A stretch of DNA of 51,812 nt from an uncultured Actinomycetota bacterium (GTDB taxonomy: Bacteria; Actinomycetota; Geothermincolia; Geothermincolales; RBG-13-55-18). The number at the start of each line of letters is the position of its first letter. The first letter of the stretch is position 1. Location: contig CAZGWK010000004.1 of assembly GCA_964529285.1 (NCBI GenBank), positions 25,868 to 77,679 of the forward strand. Direction: 5' to 3'. The notes beneath the pieces were generated by a model, which searched no databases, was not told where the DNA came from, and saw only the letters and a program-made list of their open reading frames with translations. A program made the translations under genes and the position numbers. Of this stretch, positions 50,915 to 51,812 are shown piece after piece.

Positions 50915-51812
50915 TTACTCCCCCCTGCTCGCGGGCAGGGTGAACTTGAAAGAAGAGCCGGCGCCGGCCTCACTCTCCACCCATATACGGCCACCATGAC
51001 CCTCGACGATGCCCTTTGATATTAACAACCCGAGACCCAGGCCTCCCGCGGAGCGGGTGGAATCGGTTTCTATCTGGTAAAACATCGTAAACAGCTTTCT
51101 TTGCTCGCCGGCCGGGATGCCCGGCCCCGTATCCCTTACCTCTATCTCCACCATACCGGGTTCGCTGGCACTGCGCGCCGCTACCTCTATCAGGCCTCCC
51201 TCGGGAGTGAACTTGATGGCGTTGCCGATGAGGTTCTCCATGACCTGGTGTACGCGCCATACGTCCACGCTTACCGGTGGGAGGTTGTCCTCGACGATGC
51301 AGCGGAGCTCCTGGCCGCAGTTCTGGGCACGGCTCTTGTATTCCGACACGGCGTTGATTATAAGCCCTTCAACGGGAGCCGGCCATTTCTCTCCCACCAG
51401 GCGGCCCTCATCCAGGCGCGTGACGTCCAGGAGGTCGTTGATTATCTTGGTCATCTGGTCGGCCCGTGAATTCATGATCTTTATCTTGTCCAACTGGAAA
51501 GTTGACAGCTCTCCCAGCTCGCCGAACTGAAAGGCGTCGGAATATCCTTTTATTATGGAAAGCGGCGTGCGCAGTTCGTGAGATGCAATGGCGATGAAAT
51601 CAGACTTCATCTTGTCCAGAACGGACAGCTCCTCGTAGGCTTTCTCCAGGTCCTGGTGGCTCCGTTCAACCATCGCCTCCAGCCTGCGGCGCTCCCTGAG
51701 GTCGTGTGCAATGCCTACAATGCCCATGAACTTGCCGGCCCTGAAGAGCGGAGCTGAGCTCACCTGCACCGGGAGAGAGGCGCCGTCCCGTCCCTTCAAC
51801 AAGGTCTCGAAG
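50915..51812 (-). CDS. PAS-containing sensor histidine kinase (5' end outside the window)
   Basis: PAC motif, HisKA ASHELRTPL, NLIGNAIKFT, DTGPGIP and GGLGLGL. Confidence 0.95.
   Translation of the reverse strand, partial: FETLLKGRDGASLPVQVSSAPLFRAGKFMGIVGIAHDLRERRRLEAMVERSHQDLEKAYEELSVLDKMKSDFIAIASHELRTPLSIIKGYSDAFQFGELGELSTFQLDKIKIMNSRADQMTKIINDLLDVTRLDEGRLVGEKWPAPVEGLIINAVSEYKSRAQNCGQELRCIVEDNLPPVSVDVWRVHQVMENLIGNAIKFTPEGGLIEVAARSASEPGMVEIEVRDTGPGIPAGEQRKLFTMFYQIETDSTRSAGGLGLGLLISKGIVEGHGGRIWVESEAGAGSSFKFTLPASRGE

Overview
This GC-rich window covers the replication-origin region of a bacterium. The gene order (dnaA-dnaN-recF-dciA-gyrB-gyrA...tRNA-Ile; rpmH-rnpA-yidD-yidC-jag-rsmG-parA-parB; ddl/PLP aminotransferase/CwlM-like) suggests a deep-branching actinomycete (inference). 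oriC lies between dnaA and dnaN (DnaA boxes plus DnaA-trios), and three parS sites lie between jag and rsmG. Four accessory blocks sit in this conserved scaffold. (1) A six-gene polyphosphate operon: SixA-PPK1-CHAD-orphan ParA-CYTH/Nudix fusion-PFK. This is my best candidate for an undescribed system, namely a ParA/CHAD polyP-granule positioning module with a Ppx-independent degradation route. (2) An archease-rtcB-lipoprotein unit coupled to gyrA. (3) A GHKL-ATPase/winged-helix gene directly upstream of dnaA. (4) A complete F1-class chemotaxis cluster in archaeal-like order, with two receptors lacking a sensor domain and sigma28-like promoters. Two genes (ppk1, archease) appear to need non-canonical ATA/CTG starts that overlap the upstream stop codon. 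All calls come from reading motifs by eye; no database search was run.
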